Shown: piece by piece, positions 50,120 to 53,122 of the stretch
How the letters are laid out: the number at the start of each line of letters is the position of its first letter
Numbering within the stretch: the stretch's first letter is position 1
From: Parasitella parasitica NRRL 2501
Taxonomy: Eukaryota > Fungi > Mucoromycota
DNA: 53,122 nt
NCBI GenBank assembly: GCA_025201805.1
Contig: MU619407.1
Span: forward strand, 1 to 53,122
Direction: 5' to 3'
The notes under the pieces: model-generated
What the model was told of the DNA's origin: nothing
Seen by the model: only the letters and a program-made list of their open reading frames with translations
Databases searched by the model: none
Program-made: the position numbers and the translations under genes

Positions 50120-50640
50120 TGACGCATCAAAAGGCAATTCTCAAAAGAAAACTGTAAACTATTTGAAAAAGAAATTTTTGAAGAGGAGCATACTATTCAC
50201 ATATCGTTGGATTTATCGACAATACTCAATGCAGAAGATATGCTGATCCACTGGTAATAAAGTGTGGGAAAATATGTACAACGACTGGAAGCACATCTTT
50301 TGCAACAGTTTTTAGGCAATCTCTACACCTGATGGTGCTACTACTAGCTTGTACAGTATGGACCATACGTTGGACGACGCAACGATCGAGGAATGTTAAA
50401 CGAAATCCAAATAAATGAAAGACTATTACCCCACTTCAACAGCATTGCCCTTAATAAAAAGTATGCTATCTATGGTGACGAAGGACTCTGGGGGTAGTCA
50501 TATAGCTGTTCCGTACAGGAGCTAGCCATCTTCTAACGAACTTGAACAAGAAAGAAGCAAGTCTTTCTCCAAAGTATATGTAGCAAGTGAAATGAAACTT
50601 GGCAAAATATCTCCGTACTTCAATGGATGCAAATGGAAGT
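50120..50640 (+). mobile_element. Degenerate PIF/Harbinger (DDE_Tnp_4-like) transposase remnant; absent from ORF track
   Basis: Across frameshifts/stops: IVGFIDNT (50203-50226), MYNDWKH..AISTPDG..GPYVGRRNDRGML, YAIYGDEG (50462-50485), SFSKVYVASEMKLGKI. Confidence 0.72.
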
Positions 50641-50808
50641 ATGGGAATTAAATAATACAGACATCACCTGGAAGAAAATACGTTCTTGTTACGACGTTTA
50701 AAAATATTCATACTTTTATGAATGGATCGCCCGTTTCTGCAATGTTCAAATTAACACCACCAGATTCCCCAGTCTTCTTAACACCAGCCCGAATCTTCTT
50801 TTTATGAT

Positions 50809-52963
50809 TTGGATTATGTTACTTCCGTGGCCCGTCGTCTCGATCTCGCTGTTGACAACGGTGGGATAGCTTTTGCTGCTCGTACAATCAGCGGTAAAAA
50901 GCGGGATGCTGATGTTGCTATCGCGGCATCTTCTGAATCTAAGAAGTCGAAATACTATCCAGGTTCATCTGTTGGTAGTGCTAGTCCATCTGGTGCCGCT
51001 GCTAAACCTGTCCAATTTAAGAGCTATTTAGCTCTAAGTAAGTTTGGTAATACTTTTGCCGAACATGTGGCCGAAGGTCTTTGCTTTTCTTGCAACCAGC
51101 AACACTTTAAGAGACACCGTTGCAATACTGGTGTTCGTACTGGTCAAAGCGGTGGTAAAGGTGCCAACAAGGTTCTACGCACCATGTCTAAAAAACAGCG
51201 TAAAGGAGCCATTGATGCTGCCGTTTCTGCTGCTTTGCTTGCTGCCAAGGTTGATTCAGCCATTGAATCCAAGAAAAATGCTTCTGCTGCTTCGCCTCCT
51301 GTTGAAAGTAAAACTTCTGCTTTTGCTACTCCGGTAGTTTTTAAAGTTTCTATTGAAAGAAGCTACTGTTGATGCTGATGTTGAAATTTCAGACAACACT
51401 GATGGCTCTGTTTCTGATTCTGCTGACAATGCTGCTGATCTACGTGATCGAGCACAAGCAACTTTGGTGGATGAGATGTCTCAGGTATCTGTAACTGATC
51501 CAGATATCTTGCAAAACATGGCTCCCCAAGAATGTAAGTTTGATGCTATATTCAATGCTCCACCTTCCATGCGTTCAAATTCTATTTGTGTACCTCTTGT
51601 GGTTCAAAATGTAGTTTGCTTCGGTTTGGTTGATACGGGTGCTACATTTAGTTGCATTACTGACGAATTCTTCTAATTTTTAGGAGGAAATACTCTCGGT
51701 GGCTGACAATGATAGTGTGGTTCAATTACCCCACGAAGTTTCTGTCGGTTTTCGCCTATTAATTGAAGGTTGAATCTCATCTCAATTCCAATATTGACAC
51801 TGACATTCAAATAGAATTGTATAAAGACTTTTAGGAGCCAGGACCAGAGCAATCCTGGCTTCCTTTTCAATCTTTAATAAAGACCCTACGTTCTCCGTGA
51901 TATAATCGCTTGTAGTCTCTTTATTTAATTGTCTTTGGAAATAATCGTTATTCATATCACTCTCATCAGTTTCTACTGTGCCTCGTATTGGTACGGTAGA
52001 TCTAGCTTTAGAATATAATAAATGTAATAAAAAACATTCATTTGAAGTATTTTTATTTTATTCTGAAGAAAATGTACATGTCTTACTAGGTATGGATATA
52101 TTGTCCAAGCTTGGTATTGGCATCATTTACGGGTTGGTAAGTCAACATGGCTTTTAAACGGGTCCTAGATTACCAGATCCTATTTATGAAACAATCAAAC
52201 CTAATGACCATCCGTTTAGTACTGATGAAGAAAAAGCCCCTTTCTTACAGAAGCTACCGAATTTGTTATTAGAAAATTCACAAATTGATATGAAGAATAC
52301 TGCATGTAATTTGCCAGATTTAATTATCAAGTTGGATACGACGCCTGGTAGTGTGGCTTGGCGTGCACAGTATCCGTTACCTGAAGCTTATCGTGATGTA
52401 GTGGCTAAGCAAATTCAGATATGGCTTGATGAAGGTGTAATTCTATTCATACTCGATTCAGTCATCCTCTATTGGTGGTTAAGAAGAAAGGCGCTGATGG
52501 TAACTACAGTATGTCTAAACCCAGAGTGGTTTGCGATGTGCGTAAGTTAAATGCTATCTTGGAAGTAGATGATAAGCAGTAATTACCTTTAATTCCTTAT
52601 ATGCATCAAAATATTGGTACAAAAACAATACATTCTTGCTTAGATATGCACGCCTGTTTTATGTCGTTTGCTTTATTAGATTCCACGCAGGCACACAAGG
52701 TCAGCTTTACTTGCCCGTTTACTAATACGCAATACACACATTGTAAAGCCGCATATGGTATTCGGCATGTTGGAGCCGTGGTGGTTCGTACCCTACAAGC
52801 ATTATTAGCAGATCTGAATACATCTACTGCGTCATCGTCGTTTCCTACTGACAAATGCTATTCCGCAATCTGCGATGTGGACGACATCATCCTGAGCAGC
52901 AATGGATTGTTGCAAGATCATTTTGAATTGCTTTCGGAAGTGATTGTTATGTCAAAAGTCTAA
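50809..52963 (+). mobile_element. Decayed Ty3/gypsy LTR-retrotransposon internal region (gag Zn-knuckle, aspartic protease, RT), truncated
   Basis: CFSCNQQHFKRHRC knuckle; LVDTGATFSC protease; LLGMDILSKLGI; AQYPLP, PLLVVKKK, PRVVCDVRKLN, DVDDII (YxDD decayed); stops and frameshifts; no RNase H/integrase seen. Confidence 0.88.
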
Positions 52964-53122
52964 TAAAATAAATCTGCCAAAGAATTACACTTTTATTCAT
53001 AATGCATCTCTCGATGTATTATATACACATTTATTACACTAGGGTTCTACTGTCTAGCTGCATAATGTAAATCATGACTACCCATGATTTACTGTAAGAC
53101 CCTGGGACTGATCTGAGATCCT

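Noticed and set aside
51330-51375. Programmed gag-pol frameshift at TTTTTAAAG
   Set aside because: Heptamer is not in the X XXY YYZ register of the gag frame, the next ORF is +1, and the element has many other lesions; more likely decay

Overview
Gene-dense, AT-rich eukaryotic DNA with many short (~50-100 nt) spliceosomal introns; gene content and style point to a Mucorales (Mucoromycota) fungus (inference, species not determinable). About 21 intron-containing or single-exon genes: KHA1 K+/H+ antiporter, an atypical CDK, acetyl-CoA synthetase, PA-RING E3 ligase, CAMKK/Snf1-activating kinase, ALG9, Rac1, a PMT-family protein, GABA transaminase, TPS2, Vps39, a bHLH factor, two PY-motif membrane orphans, ELL, cytochrome b5, Ase1/PRC1, RhoGAP, CtIP/Sae2/Ctp1, NAA30/MAK3 and App1-type phosphatidate phosphatase. 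The left edge looks like the 3' tail of a non-LTR retroelement; the right ~3 kb is a transposon graveyard (Harbinger transposase remnant, decayed Ty3/gypsy). Most notable: (1) the PMT has an intact ORF but substitutions across the conserved active-site motifs (FNEVLF, DVQPP, SQLFLNYY), suggesting a pseudoenzyme; (2) the CDK carries PTTTIRE plus DLG, resembling plant CDKB, with a long N-terminal extension; (3) the CtIP homologue has a CDK consensus where an ATM-type TQ site normally sits; (4) two GC-AG introns. All family calls are from motif recognition by eye; no searches were run, and exon boundaries were derived manually.
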